Assembly: GCA_963932905.1 (NCBI GenBank)
Contig: CAWVRN010000014.1
Span: 42,513-106,512 of the forward strand
From: an uncultured Bdellovibrio sp.
Lineage (GTDB): Bacteria; Bdellovibrionota; Bdellovibrionia; Bdellovibrionales; Bdellovibrionaceae
Reading direction: 5' to 3'
Length of the DNA: 64,000 nucleotides
In this document: positions 1 through 9,035 of the stretch, in pieces
Layout of the letters: each line of letters opens with the position of its first letter
Position numbering within the stretch: the stretch's first letter is position 1
Translations under genes and position numbers: made by a program
The notes under the pieces: model-generated
The model's database searches: none
The model's input: only the letters and a program-made list of their open reading frames with translations
What the model was told of the DNA's origin: nothing

Positions 1-5
1 AGACA

Positions 6-308
6 ATGGGAACAAGTGAATCTGAGTATGTGATTAGTATAGGTAATCCCGCAAAAATAGATTCTGATCGTGACGGTGAAAAAAAAACAATAGAATTATC
101 GTTCGAAAACAAAAAGTTTATAGAAAAACGTTTAAAAAAAATTGAACGAATGCATGGTCACGAAATACGTTTTTGTCCGAGAAACTATATTCAATTAGTT
201 AATCAAAAAAAAGCAAAATCAATTATCGCCTGCGGTAATTCTACTACGGAAATTGCAACGAGCTTAAGACAGCTAATTCGTGTTATAAATGTTTATTCCG
301 TGAATTAA
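6..308 (+). CDS. hypothetical protein (AT-rich accessory region)
   Basis: 100-aa ORF with no recognisable motif; may be 5'-truncated by the window edge. Confidence 0.45.
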   Translation: MGTSESEYVISIGNPAKIDSDRDGEKKTIELSFENKKFIEKRLKKIERMHGHEIRFCPRNYIQLVNQKKAKSIIACGNSTTEIATSLRQLIRVINVYSVN

Positions 309-348
309 AACAGAATTACCGGGTTCGGGTCAGTACCTTTTCTCAATA

Positions 349-606
349 GAACTGGCTCCTTAGCTTGCGGCTAAGAAGCTAAATTCTATTGGAAAGACAG
401 TTGTTTAGTTGAAATTTAAAAGCGCTGTCTTGAAACAGTTTTTCAAAAAAAATTATTATCCGAATTACCTCGTAATACATTCGAGTTTCGATCCCTCAAT
501 AAAAGCGAGCGTGTTGAATCTTTCTGGATTTTAGAGAGCACGTTTTAAATTCACTTGATTTGGCGATATTTTACTTGGCCTTAGCCGCAGGCTAAGGGGC
601 CAGTTC
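349..606. mobile_element. MITE-like non-autonomous element, 258 bp
   Basis: 27-bp terminal inverted repeats 349-375 / 580-606 (25/27 identical), flanked by ATA on both sides (346-348, 607-609); no listed ORF inside; second copy at 63931. Confidence 0.75.
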
Positions 607-722
607 ATAGTATCTGTGCTATTTCGCTTTGGCCTGGTCAGCAAGGTTCAGTCTAGATGAATGTAAACGAGCCTTAAACATTCCTTTTATGGCCAAAATA
701 AAAACTAAAATGACTTCAAAGT

Positions 723-1054
723 TTAAGAATTAACTAGATTTTTTATGAAAAAATAAAGCACCAAGGTAATTAGGTGAAAACATATAAGAAAAATTTGATT
801 AGTTGGTGAATCTATTAGTCCTGAATAAGCAACTAATTGCGCTAGCGCGATAGTCACAAATATCTGTATCCCCCATTTTTTTGCTGCCATAAACCTATCG
901 CTGCTACAAAATCTCCACAGAGCAATAGTATAATCCAAATTCGCCATGAAATACTCATTGTTGAAACATGTAGCCTGAGGTCTAAAACATCAAGGAAATG
1001 CAAAATAAATCCAATAAAATAAAAAACAGCAAGTATTCGTAGATAAATTTTCAT
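723..1054 (-). pseudogene. frameshifted small multi-TM membrane protein
   Basis: Hydrophobic ORFs 854-1054 and 723-947 overlap; one extra A in the A7 run (T at 876-882 on +) joins them as ...GLWQQKKWGIQIFV... (about 110 aa). Confidence 0.6.
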
Positions 1055-1171
1055 TGCTAATTCTATAAATCAAAGCGAATGAATCCGTCAAAATTAATCT
1101 GGATTATTTTAGACTCCCTATTACCGAGCTTAGGTACCAAACGTGGATCGAAAATTGAAAGTTATTAATTT

Positions 1172-1828
1172 ATGTTTATAACCGTCTTCTCTAGCTATCG
1201 AAAACAAATACTAGCCCTTGTTGGATTGTCTATATTTTGGTCAGTGCCTACAATTTCTGCGACTCCTAATTCGTGTAAATTATTTTATAAAAATCCGAGT
1301 TATTCTTTAGAAAGCAACAAACAAACTAATAAATTACTTGCAGCTATTGCGTCGAGGTATAAGGACAATCATGTCTCTAACATTGTTGCGTCTGCGATTA
1401 TAGAGCAAATTCGAAGTAATGGAATTGTCTCTCGTAAAAAAGATCGGAAGCAATCGACGTTTTTCCAGAGTACGTCAATTGAAGGTAGTCTAATGAGTTG
1501 GCTTACTATAGATCCATCAGATGGTCAAATCAGCGCAAAAATCTTAGTTGTCTCACTTGGTATGCGTGAGCCAAATGGCGGCCGAATGGTAGATGGGACC
1601 ACTCCCGCACATCCGTCGAATGAGTTTGCAAAAATTCTTGCTGGAGTTTTAAACGGAATAGATAGGCTTAGATCTGAATTTTCGTCTGTCAAAAATGTTC
1701 AAATTCAGGCAATGACCATAAACCCTCGATTGGCCACTACCTTAAGAAAAATTGGATTTGAAATCGATGCAAGTCATGCACCGTGGGGAATTCAATGGAG
1801 TGCATCCATGATATATAAACTTAAATGA
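1172..1828 (+). CDS. secreted hypothetical protein
   Basis: 218-aa ORF with signal-peptide-like N-terminus. Confidence 0.6.
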   Translation: MFITVFSSYRKQILALVGLSIFWSVPTISATPNSCKLFYKNPSYSLESNKQTNKLLAAIASRYKDNHVSNIVASAIIEQIRSNGIVSRKKDRKQSTFFQSTSIEGSLMSWLTIDPSDGQISAKILVVSLGMREPNGGRMVDGTTPAHPSNEFAKILAGVLNGIDRLRSEFSSVKNVQIQAMTINPRLATTLRKIGFEIDASHAPWGIQWSASMIYKLK

Positions 1829-2027
1829 TTCACGGTCCAAATCACTAGCTATTTCTCAATACCTGAACAAATAGACTGAACCTTTAAGGCCTGTCTATGG
1901 GAGAAATAACTCCGCTATTTATCGCAAAACCGCGCACTAAAGAATGGCCATTATTTCCTATTGTCCGATGAATTCGAAGCCTCGTGCGGGAACTGTCAGA
2001 TCGAGTCCAAGTTTCTACAATTGAGAT

Positions 2028-3716
2028 TTAGATATCGAGTTGGGTGTTGCTGAGTAGTTCTTCGATCGTCGTGATGCCAGCAAGAACTTTTCTCATTCCA
2101 TCTTCACGGAATGTGATCATACCATTGGCGACCGCTTGTTTTTTGATCGTATTACCATCACGTTTTTGCATGATTAAGGAGCGAATATCATCCGTAACGG
2201 GCAGTAGCTCTTGAATCAGAGTACGACCTACATAACCTTTTTGATTGCATTGATTGCAGCCTACCGCTTTGCATATTTGTGCAATGGCGGCTTGCTGGCG
2301 GGTCACGCCTAGGGTGTTTAATTCAAAATCTGACGGATCATGCGGTGCTTTGCAATGCGGACATAGAACGCGAACCAGTCGCTGGGAAATAACTCCCAGA
2401 ATCGACGTTGCAATCAAGAAAGGCTCGGCACCGATATCGATCAGACGGGGAAATGCTCCGGCCGCATCGTTCGTATGCAATGTTGATAAAACTAAGTGAC
2501 CAGTAAGAGATGAGTTGATCGCAAGTTCGCTGGTTTCTAAGTCACGAATCTCACCGATCATAATGATGTCTGGATCTTGACGAAGAAATGATCTTAATCC
2601 GGCCGCAAATGTTAAACCAATTTTTGCATTTACTTGCACCTGGCCGATGCCGTGAATTCGTTGTTCCACGGGGTCTTCAACGGTAAGGATGTTTACGTCC
2701 GTAGAATTTAGGCGTGACAGACACGCATACAGTGTCGTCGATTTACCGGAACCGGTTGGACCCGTTACCAGCATGATGCCGTAAGTGCGACTTAATAAAT
2801 CATCGATTTTGAGTAGGTTTCCTTCTGAAAAACCTAGTTGTTCTAGTTCTAAAATAACATTCGATCTATCTTGAAGACGCATTACCAGGCGTTCACCGTG
2901 AGCCGTCGGCACGGTGGAGAGACGAATATCGATATCTTTACCACCAACTTTTAATGGGATACGACCGTCTTGAGGTAAACGTTTTTCGGCGATATTTAAA
3001 TTCGCCATAACTTTAATACGGGATGAAATGGCGTTTTGTAGTTTTTTTGGCGGTTTAAAAATGTCGAATAAAATACCATCAATACGAAAGCGAACGACCA
3101 TATCTTTTTCGTACGGTTCGATATGGATATCTGATGCTTTTTCTTTCACAGCGCGGAAAAGAAGCGAGTTGACCAGTTTGATAACCGGCGCGTCGTCTTC
3201 ACCGGCTTCAAGTAGATCCACGATACCGTCTTCTAAATCCACTTCTTCTTGATCAATTTCGTCCAAACCTGATAGGTTGGCGGTTGATTTTTCGTAAACA
3301 CGATTGATGGCGTCCAGTAATTTTCCAGCTAATGTAACAACTGGCTTAACACGTTTCCCGAATAGAACACGCAAATCATCGAGAGCTTTGACATTCAGGG
3401 GGTTAGAGACAAGCACGGTGACTTGATCTGTTTCTTCTTTGAAAGGCAAGATGGAATTTTGTTTTGAATAATTGATGGGAATTTCACGAACTAAATCGGC
3501 CGAGATGTCATTGTAAGGGACATCTTTCATAAAATCTAAACCCAGTTCTTTGCATAATTCAGAAACAAGTTCTTCTGCGTTTTGAAACGTTTTTTTTGAA
3601 AGAGCATCACCAATGCTCTCACTGCGAATCATCGAGGTGTTATTCCAGAGTGTTTTAAGCTGCTCTGGAGATAAGCCGGTTGATTTTTGAAGAAGGTTCT
3701 GGATTTCAACTGACAT
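2028..3716 (-). CDS. gspE: type II secretion system ATPase GspE
   Basis: Walker A GPTGSGKSTT, Asp boxes (EDPVE), LRQDPDIIMIGEIRD, CxxC zinc motifs. Confidence 0.95.
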   Translation of the reverse strand: MSVEIQNLLQKSTGLSPEQLKTLWNNTSMIRSESIGDALSKKTFQNAEELVSELCKELGLDFMKDVPYNDISADLVREIPINYSKQNSILPFKEETDQVTVLVSNPLNVKALDDLRVLFGKRVKPVVTLAGKLLDAINRVYEKSTANLSGLDEIDQEEVDLEDGIVDLLEAGEDDAPVIKLVNSLLFRAVKEKASDIHIEPYEKDMVVRFRIDGILFDIFKPPKKLQNAISSRIKVMANLNIAEKRLPQDGRIPLKVGGKDIDIRLSTVPTAHGERLVMRLQDRSNVILELEQLGFSEGNLLKIDDLLSRTYGIMLVTGPTGSGKSTTLYACLSRLNSTDVNILTVEDPVEQRIHGIGQVQVNAKIGLTFAAGLRSFLRQDPDIIMIGEIRDLETSELAINSSLTGHLVLSTLHTNDAAGAFPRLIDIGAEPFLIATSILGVISQRLVRVLCPHCKAPHDPSDFELNTLGVTRQQAAIAQICKAVGCNQCNQKGYVGRTLIQELLPVTDDIRSLIMQKRDGNTIKKQAVANGMITFREDGMRKVLAGITTIEELLSNTQLDI

Positions 3717-3718
3717 AG

Positions 3719-6070
3719 TTACTCTGTATCCGTATCTGGTCCAGCGTTATCATCTACTGGGGGTGGAGCTGCCGCCGCTTTAGGTTTCATGGTCGTTTTA
3801 TTTCTAACATCGTCGATAACTTCACCGTAGGCATCCACACCGCCTTGGGATTTAATGAAATCGACACGTTGCTCAAGTTTTTTAGAGATAATCTGTTTTG
3901 TGTCATCACCGCTGCGAATAATTTTGGGAGTTAGGAAAACAAGCATGTTTACTTTTTCTTTTGTAGTTTCCTTAGATTTAAATAACCAGCCAAGAATCGG
4001 TAGATCTCCTAAAAGCGGGACTTTAACGATGTCTTCTGTTTCGCGATCTTTAATTAATCCTCCCAGAACAGCCGTGTCGCCATCGTCAACAACGATGAAC
4101 GTTTTAATTTTTCTAGTTGCTAACGGTTGTGTGTTATCTTGGAATGCTTTAGGTGTTGCGACCCCAGCCGACGGCTGTTTAACACTTTGATCGATTTCCA
4201 TGCGTACAGCTTTGCTCGTAGGATTGATGAATGGTTTTAATTTCAACTCAATCATTGCTTCTTCCATCACCGGCGTAGTGATCGTCGTACCTTGAGGAGA
4301 GGTAGACTGCGTTGACGATGTAACGACTTTATCGCCGACTTGGATCAGGGCTTCCTGATTATCCATAGCTAGAATTTGTGGGCGAGATAAAATGTTAGCT
4401 TTCGTAAGCTTTTTAAGCAAATTGATCAAACCAATCAACGATGGGACCTTTTGTTTTGTTGTACCCAGTGTTAATTCAACTTCCTTTCCAGATCCAAACC
4501 CTAAAACAGTACCAACGCCAGCTAGGGGATTGATAACTTCTTCTGCTTTCAACCCGCCCGAGAAACTTTGACGAGCGATACCATTATCAGAAGCAAAGTT
4601 GTAATAAGATGGTTTAAATCCAAACCCATCGCTTGCGCTCATTTCCATAATGATGGCTTCAACAAAAACCTGATCACGAGGGATATCAATTTTATTCAAA
4701 AGATTAATCACTGTTTCGTAGTCACCTTTACCAGCCGTGATGATCAAACTATTTGTCGTTTCATCCGCCGTGATTTTTACTTCACCGCTGAATACGGCGC
4801 CACTCGATTTAGAATCACCAGCGGCACCTTCCATTCCGATCGGAGGAGCAAAGAATGGCGGAGGTTGGTTCGCGCCTCCTGGTTGTGTTTTAGGAGCGGC
4901 GTCTTTAGAAACACCTTGCAGTACGGCCGCGATTTTTTTCGCTTCCCCATTTTTTACGTAGTACACGAATACGCCACCACCATCTGCTTCACTGGGTTTG
5001 AAATCAAGTTGTCCAATTAGTTTTTTTACGCGAACAATACCAGATTTATTTCCGACGATGATAAGCGAGTTAGTTCTTTCGTCAGGAATAGCCATGAAAA
5101 AGCTATTGCCTTGCTGGCTTGATGAACCGCCTGGTCTTGAAAAACGAGGAGCACCGCCGCCGAAACCACCGGTAACTCCGACGCCAGCACGGTTTGTGCC
5201 TTGGCCCTTGTTTACAATTTTGTCGACAAGGTCGGCGATGTCTTTAGCTTTAGCGTAACGAATACGCACTACTTCTAATTGCTCGTCGAAACCAGGAACA
5301 TCTAATTGATTGATGATTTTCATCACACGATCAATATTTGCGCCCCAGTCTGAAATAATAATTGAGTTTGTTTGTTGGTAAACGTTCATTTCGCCATCTT
5401 TTGATGGAAGAATGCGAAGGTCTTTGTTTACTTGATCTGCGGAAATATGTTTTAAGTGAATAATTCGTGTGATCATTTGATCTGTATTTGGATAGTAAGA
5501 TCCAGAATACGTTTCGATATTATCACGCTGGGCATTTCGTCCTGATTTAACTTTCAAGAAGCTGCCAGATGGAACAACGGTAAAACCGTTAATAGCCAGT
5601 GCCGAAAGGAACGCTTTATAAGCTTCGGCGACGGTGATTTTACTTGGTGCAATGATTGTGATCTTTCCGCGAACCCCAGGATCGATGATAAAGTTTTTCC
5701 CTGTTAACTCAGAGATTGCTTTAATAACATCCGTGATTTCCACATTTGGGAAGTCGAAAGATTCGATAGTTTCGGGAAAATTTTCGTTGCTGATGTCTTC
5801 AACACTGGCTTGCGAAAACTTCTGTTTTTGATTAGCCGTTAAGCTTACACCTTTTTTTCCATTGCCGCCGGTTGTAGCATCGCTGTGGTTTCCGTTTCCT
5901 GAAGGCATAGCTCCGTTCGTTGGTGGCGCACCGGGATTGTCAAAGTCACCAAAATCGGGTGGTGGAGGTGGAAATTCTTCTTGTGCATGAACGCTGGATG
6001 CGGTTAAGGCACTGGCCCCAACCATGGCAACTGCATTCAGCATGACTAGCGATTTTTTTAATTTTTTCAT
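3719..6070 (-). CDS. gspD: type II secretion system secretin GspD
   Basis: Signal peptide, N0 domain (GKNFIIDPGVRGKITI), secretin motif KVPLLGDLPILGWLFK. Confidence 0.95.
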   Translation of the reverse strand: MKKLKKSLVMLNAVAMVGASALTASSVHAQEEFPPPPPDFGDFDNPGAPPTNGAMPSGNGNHSDATTGGNGKKGVSLTANQKQKFSQASVEDISNENFPETIESFDFPNVEITDVIKAISELTGKNFIIDPGVRGKITIIAPSKITVAEAYKAFLSALAINGFTVVPSGSFLKVKSGRNAQRDNIETYSGSYYPNTDQMITRIIHLKHISADQVNKDLRILPSKDGEMNVYQQTNSIIISDWGANIDRVMKIINQLDVPGFDEQLEVVRIRYAKAKDIADLVDKIVNKGQGTNRAGVGVTGGFGGGAPRFSRPGGSSSQQGNSFFMAIPDERTNSLIIVGNKSGIVRVKKLIGQLDFKPSEADGGGVFVYYVKNGEAKKIAAVLQGVSKDAAPKTQPGGANQPPPFFAPPIGMEGAAGDSKSSGAVFSGEVKITADETTNSLIITAGKGDYETVINLLNKIDIPRDQVFVEAIIMEMSASDGFGFKPSYYNFASDNGIARQSFSGGLKAEEVINPLAGVGTVLGFGSGKEVELTLGTTKQKVPSLIGLINLLKKLTKANILSRPQILAMDNQEALIQVGDKVVTSSTQSTSPQGTTITTPVMEEAMIELKLKPFINPTSKAVRMEIDQSVKQPSAGVATPKAFQDNTQPLATRKIKTFIVVDDGDTAVLGGLIKDRETEDIVKVPLLGDLPILGWLFKSKETTKEKVNMLVFLTPKIIRSGDDTKQIISKKLEQRVDFIKSQGGVDAYGEVIDDVRNKTTMKPKAAAAPPPVDDNAGPDTDTE

Positions 6071-6156
6071 CCGTAAACCCTCGCCCTTTGTTTCGCTTTC
6101 CTAGCTGGTCAAATGCCAATCAATTCATTTGACTGGGTACAATTCATTTGATTCAG

Positions 6157-7080
6157 TTACTTCACAGTATAAGAAAGCTCTTCATTTTTACCACCGCGTT
6201 CAACCCCAAGTTTAATATTTGGAGAATTGCGAAGCGCTTGATACATTTCCAATGCTTGCTGCGTTGACGTCACCGGAGTGCCGTTTACGCTGGTGATAAC
6301 GTCCATCACCTGCAGACCTAATTGAGTGTAGATGCTGTCTGCTTGGATTTCTAATAAACGAAATCCATATGTTTCGCCCGAGCCCGGGCGTTTTGCTGGA
6401 ACAGCACGTGCTTGGTATAAAATACTTTGAATGTCTTTAAGCTTGTCTTCTAAATCTGATTTTTTAATTTCAAATTTATTGTCACCAGCTTTTTGAATAA
6501 CTGAATTACCTTTTTCTTCGGCCACTGGTTTCGGTTTGGCATCAAATGAAACCTTATTGGCATCTTTCATTTCAATGTATTCAAGACGATCAGCGCTTAA
6601 ATTTCTAATGATCACTTTACCTCGTGTGATTTTTTCTACTTTCGCTAAGCCTTCAATTTCTTTGCCAGTAGCAAACGACACAATTTGGTTTTTTGTTTTG
6701 ATCTCAATCGCGGCGATAGATTTTTCGGGTGTTGAGTGTACGAGTGTTCCGATTAAATTCAGAGGAAGGCTGCTTAGAATTGGCTCGTTATCTTTGGGGC
6801 GAGCTATTTCTCCCTTAGGCAGCAGTTCAGGAGGAATTTCACCTTTGGAAGAAAACAAATTTCGCGAAACAATAGGTTGAAAAAAATCACGACTCTTTAT
6901 GGGGTTTGGAGGGATATTACGAGCCATGTTTTTTTGAGTTCGTTCTGGTAAAAAGAAAAAACGCACTTTCAAAATAGCTAGATCAGCGATGCTGAGTGAT
7001 ATCAAAGAGATAAGTAAATAAACTAATAACTTATTTACCCACTGTCTTCGAGTGGATAGTGCGGTTCCTTTTCTTGTCAT
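6157..7080 (-). CDS. gspC: type II secretion system protein GspC (TM, HR and PDZ domains)
   Basis: N-terminal TM, LNLIGT HR motif, C-terminal PDZ (GLQVMDVITSVNG); directly upstream of gspD; start uncertain (7080 or 7098). Confidence 0.85.
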   Translation of the reverse strand: MTRKGTALSTRRQWVNKLLVYLLISLISLSIADLAILKVRFFFLPERTQKNMARNIPPNPIKSRDFFQPIVSRNLFSSKGEIPPELLPKGEIARPKDNEPILSSLPLNLIGTLVHSTPEKSIAAIEIKTKNQIVSFATGKEIEGLAKVEKITRGKVIIRNLSADRLEYIEMKDANKVSFDAKPKPVAEEKGNSVIQKAGDNKFEIKKSDLEDKLKDIQSILYQARAVPAKRPGSGETYGFRLLEIQADSIYTQLGLQVMDVITSVNGTPVTSTQQALEMYQALRNSPNIKLGVERGGKNEELSYTVK

Positions 7081-7151
7081 GTAATTAAATACTAGCAAAT
7101 GGACGGGGTTAGAGTAATTGAAAAATACTTACAAGCTAGACGTTTGGTGAG

Positions 7152-7385
7152 TTACTTTTTGGGTTGTTTAGGTGGTGCTGGTGGGAACGTTTTGTGTTTT
7201 AAGTAATACTCCAATATGGGACCGGTGACTTTGCGGCAACTGCCTCCACAAGGACCTACTCCTGCGGTGGTTGCGTCAAACAGTTTATCCAGGGTATCAC
7301 AACCATCAACAAAAGCTTGCTGTATGGTCTCGAGTGTAATGTTGTTGCAGCGACAGATGATAGGTGATCGCTTTTTTTTGTTCAT
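7152..7385 (-). CDS. BFD-like [2Fe-2S]-binding protein
   Basis: ICRCNNIT...GVGPCGGSC cysteine pattern. Confidence 0.8.
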   Translation of the reverse strand: MNKKKRSPIICRCNNITLETIQQAFVDGCDTLDKLFDATTAGVGPCGGSCRKVTGPILEYYLKHKTFPPAPPKQPKK

Positions 7386-8350
7386 TCCAACTTTTTCTTA
7401 AAGTAATCAATGATTTGATCGCGTATTTTCAAGAATTCGCCTTCGATCATGGCGCCCGACGCGTGATGGTGTCCACCGCCGCCAAAAAGTTCGGAAACTT
7501 CAAGTACATCCAGCGTAGATTTCGAGCGAAAACTAATTTTATATCTATTTTTTGTGTCTTCGCGGAAAAGAATTGCTGCTTCTACGCAATCGATATCCAA
7601 AATTTTATCAACGACATCGCGCGTGTCTTCGGGGGTTAAGCCAAACTCTTCAATATCCTTTGTGTGAATAAGAACTATGGCGACTTTGTTATCCACGTAA
7701 TAGGCTATTTTGCCTAAAGCCTTAGATATAAAACTGATTTTTTCGGGAGTCTGTCCGCCAAATAAATTGCGATGAATCGCCTCAGGTGACGGGATTAGAG
7801 GCAATAGCTCGATGGCGATTTGGTGAGATGCTACGGAACGACGTACATAGCGAAAAAGTTGCGTATCAAAGACGACACTTAAATATAGCGATTCCGCAAT
7901 CTGAGGGTCCAGTGGAACATCTAAATATTTAATTACGTTGTACGCGATTTCTCCAGTGCTAGCCGCCGTCGTATCAATGAAGGCTTTGGCGGGTAATGGG
8001 CCCGATTTTAATAGAGGATGGTGATCAACAAAGACGATATTTTTACAAACAGTTTGAATTTCAGAAAATAGGGGCTCGATCAAGCGTTCATCGTTGGTAT
8101 CGAAAATTAAACACAGATCGATAGGTCCGTCGAAAAGAGTCGGGCGGAATAAAGTGAACAAGTCTTTATTTAGAAAATTCTCATAGCGCTTGGGTAGTAG
8201 GTCCACGTGCACGATTTGTACATCTTTTCCAATCTTTTTAAGGGCATAGAATAGCGCCAGTTCAGAGCCTAAACCATCGCCGTCACAATCTTTATGAGTG
8301 GTTAGTACAATTTTTTGCGAATTTTTGATCAGGTCGACTAGTGGTTTCAA
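7382..8350 (-). CDS. nrnA: DHH-family phosphoesterase (oligoribonuclease/pAp phosphatase NrnA-like)
   Basis: HxxxDGD, DHH, DT motif and GGGGH DHHA1 motif. Confidence 0.85.
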   Translation of the reverse strand: MKPLVDLIKNSQKIVLTTHKDCDGDGLGSELALFYALKKIGKDVQIVHVDLLPKRYENFLNKDLFTLFRPTLFDGPIDLCLIFDTNDERLIEPLFSEIQTVCKNIVFVDHHPLLKSGPLPAKAFIDTTAASTGEIAYNVIKYLDVPLDPQIAESLYLSVVFDTQLFRYVRRSVASHQIAIELLPLIPSPEAIHRNLFGGQTPEKISFISKALGKIAYYVDNKVAIVLIHTKDIEEFGLTPEDTRDVVDKILDIDCVEAAILFREDTKNRYKISFRSKSTLDVLEVSELFGGGGHHHASGAMIEGEFLKIRDQIIDYFKKKLE

Positions 8351-8549
8351 AATCCCTCACGTGGTAACAAAGACGATATCTTTTAAGAGTATAAGTGTTT
8401 GGGATTTTAGGGATTGATAACGCATCAGGTCGTGATAAACTAATCCTTTGTATTGCTCTAAGTCGAATAATCGGCTAAAAAAAACGGCCTCAGATGGGAA
8501 CTGTCCCCAACTGAGCGATTTATTTTGCAAAGTGTTAAACGAGGACCAT

Positions 8550-9026
8550 ATGAGTGATAAAATGCCCATGACCATTAACGGGAAAAATATGTTGGACCAA
8601 GAGTTAAAACGTCTGACGTTTGAAGAGCGTCCACGTATTATTAAAGCTATAGAAGAAGCTCGTTCCCACGGCGATATCTCTGAGAATGCCGAATATGATG
8701 CCGCTAAGGAGCGTCAATCGCTCATCGAGGGGCGTATTGGCGATATCCAAAATAAATTAGCTACGGCAGAAGTCGTAGATCCTAAATTAATCAAATCAGA
8801 TAAAATTGTTTTCGGAGCAACCGTTGAACTTTGTGATCTAGATACCGATGAAAAGTCACACTATCAAATCGTTGGTGTGGATGAATCAGACGTAAAATTA
8901 GGCAAAGTTTCTATTTTATCTCCTATCGCACGTGCCTTGATTGGCAAAACAAAAGGCGATGTGATCGTAGTTCAATCTCCAAAAGGTGACAAAGAATTCG
9001 AAGTTCTTGATTTTAAATTTGTCTAA
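8550..9026 (+). CDS. greA: transcription elongation factor GreA
   Basis: ARSHGDISENAEYDAAKE, SPIARALIGK; start placed at ATG 8550 after GAGGA. Confidence 0.95.
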   Translation: MSDKMPMTINGKNMLDQELKRLTFEERPRIIKAIEEARSHGDISENAEYDAAKERQSLIEGRIGDIQNKLATAEVVDPKLIKSDKIVFGATVELCDLDTDEKSHYQIVGVDESDVKLGKVSILSPIARALIGKTKGDVIVVQSPKGDKEFEVLDFKFV

Positions 9027-9035
9027 TTCCTATAA

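Noticed and set aside
309..2027. Integron cassette array or CRISPR array
   Set aside because: No clear attC R''/R' boxes, ORFs in mixed orientation, no integron integrase, and no regularly spaced repeats.
2254..6880. Plus-strand ORFs inside gspE/gspD/gspC (e.g. 4568-5020, 6536-6880)
   Set aside because: Antisense shadows of well-supported genes with no recognisable motifs; the same applies to similar shadow ORFs across the window (e.g. 41407-41952, 45963-46337).
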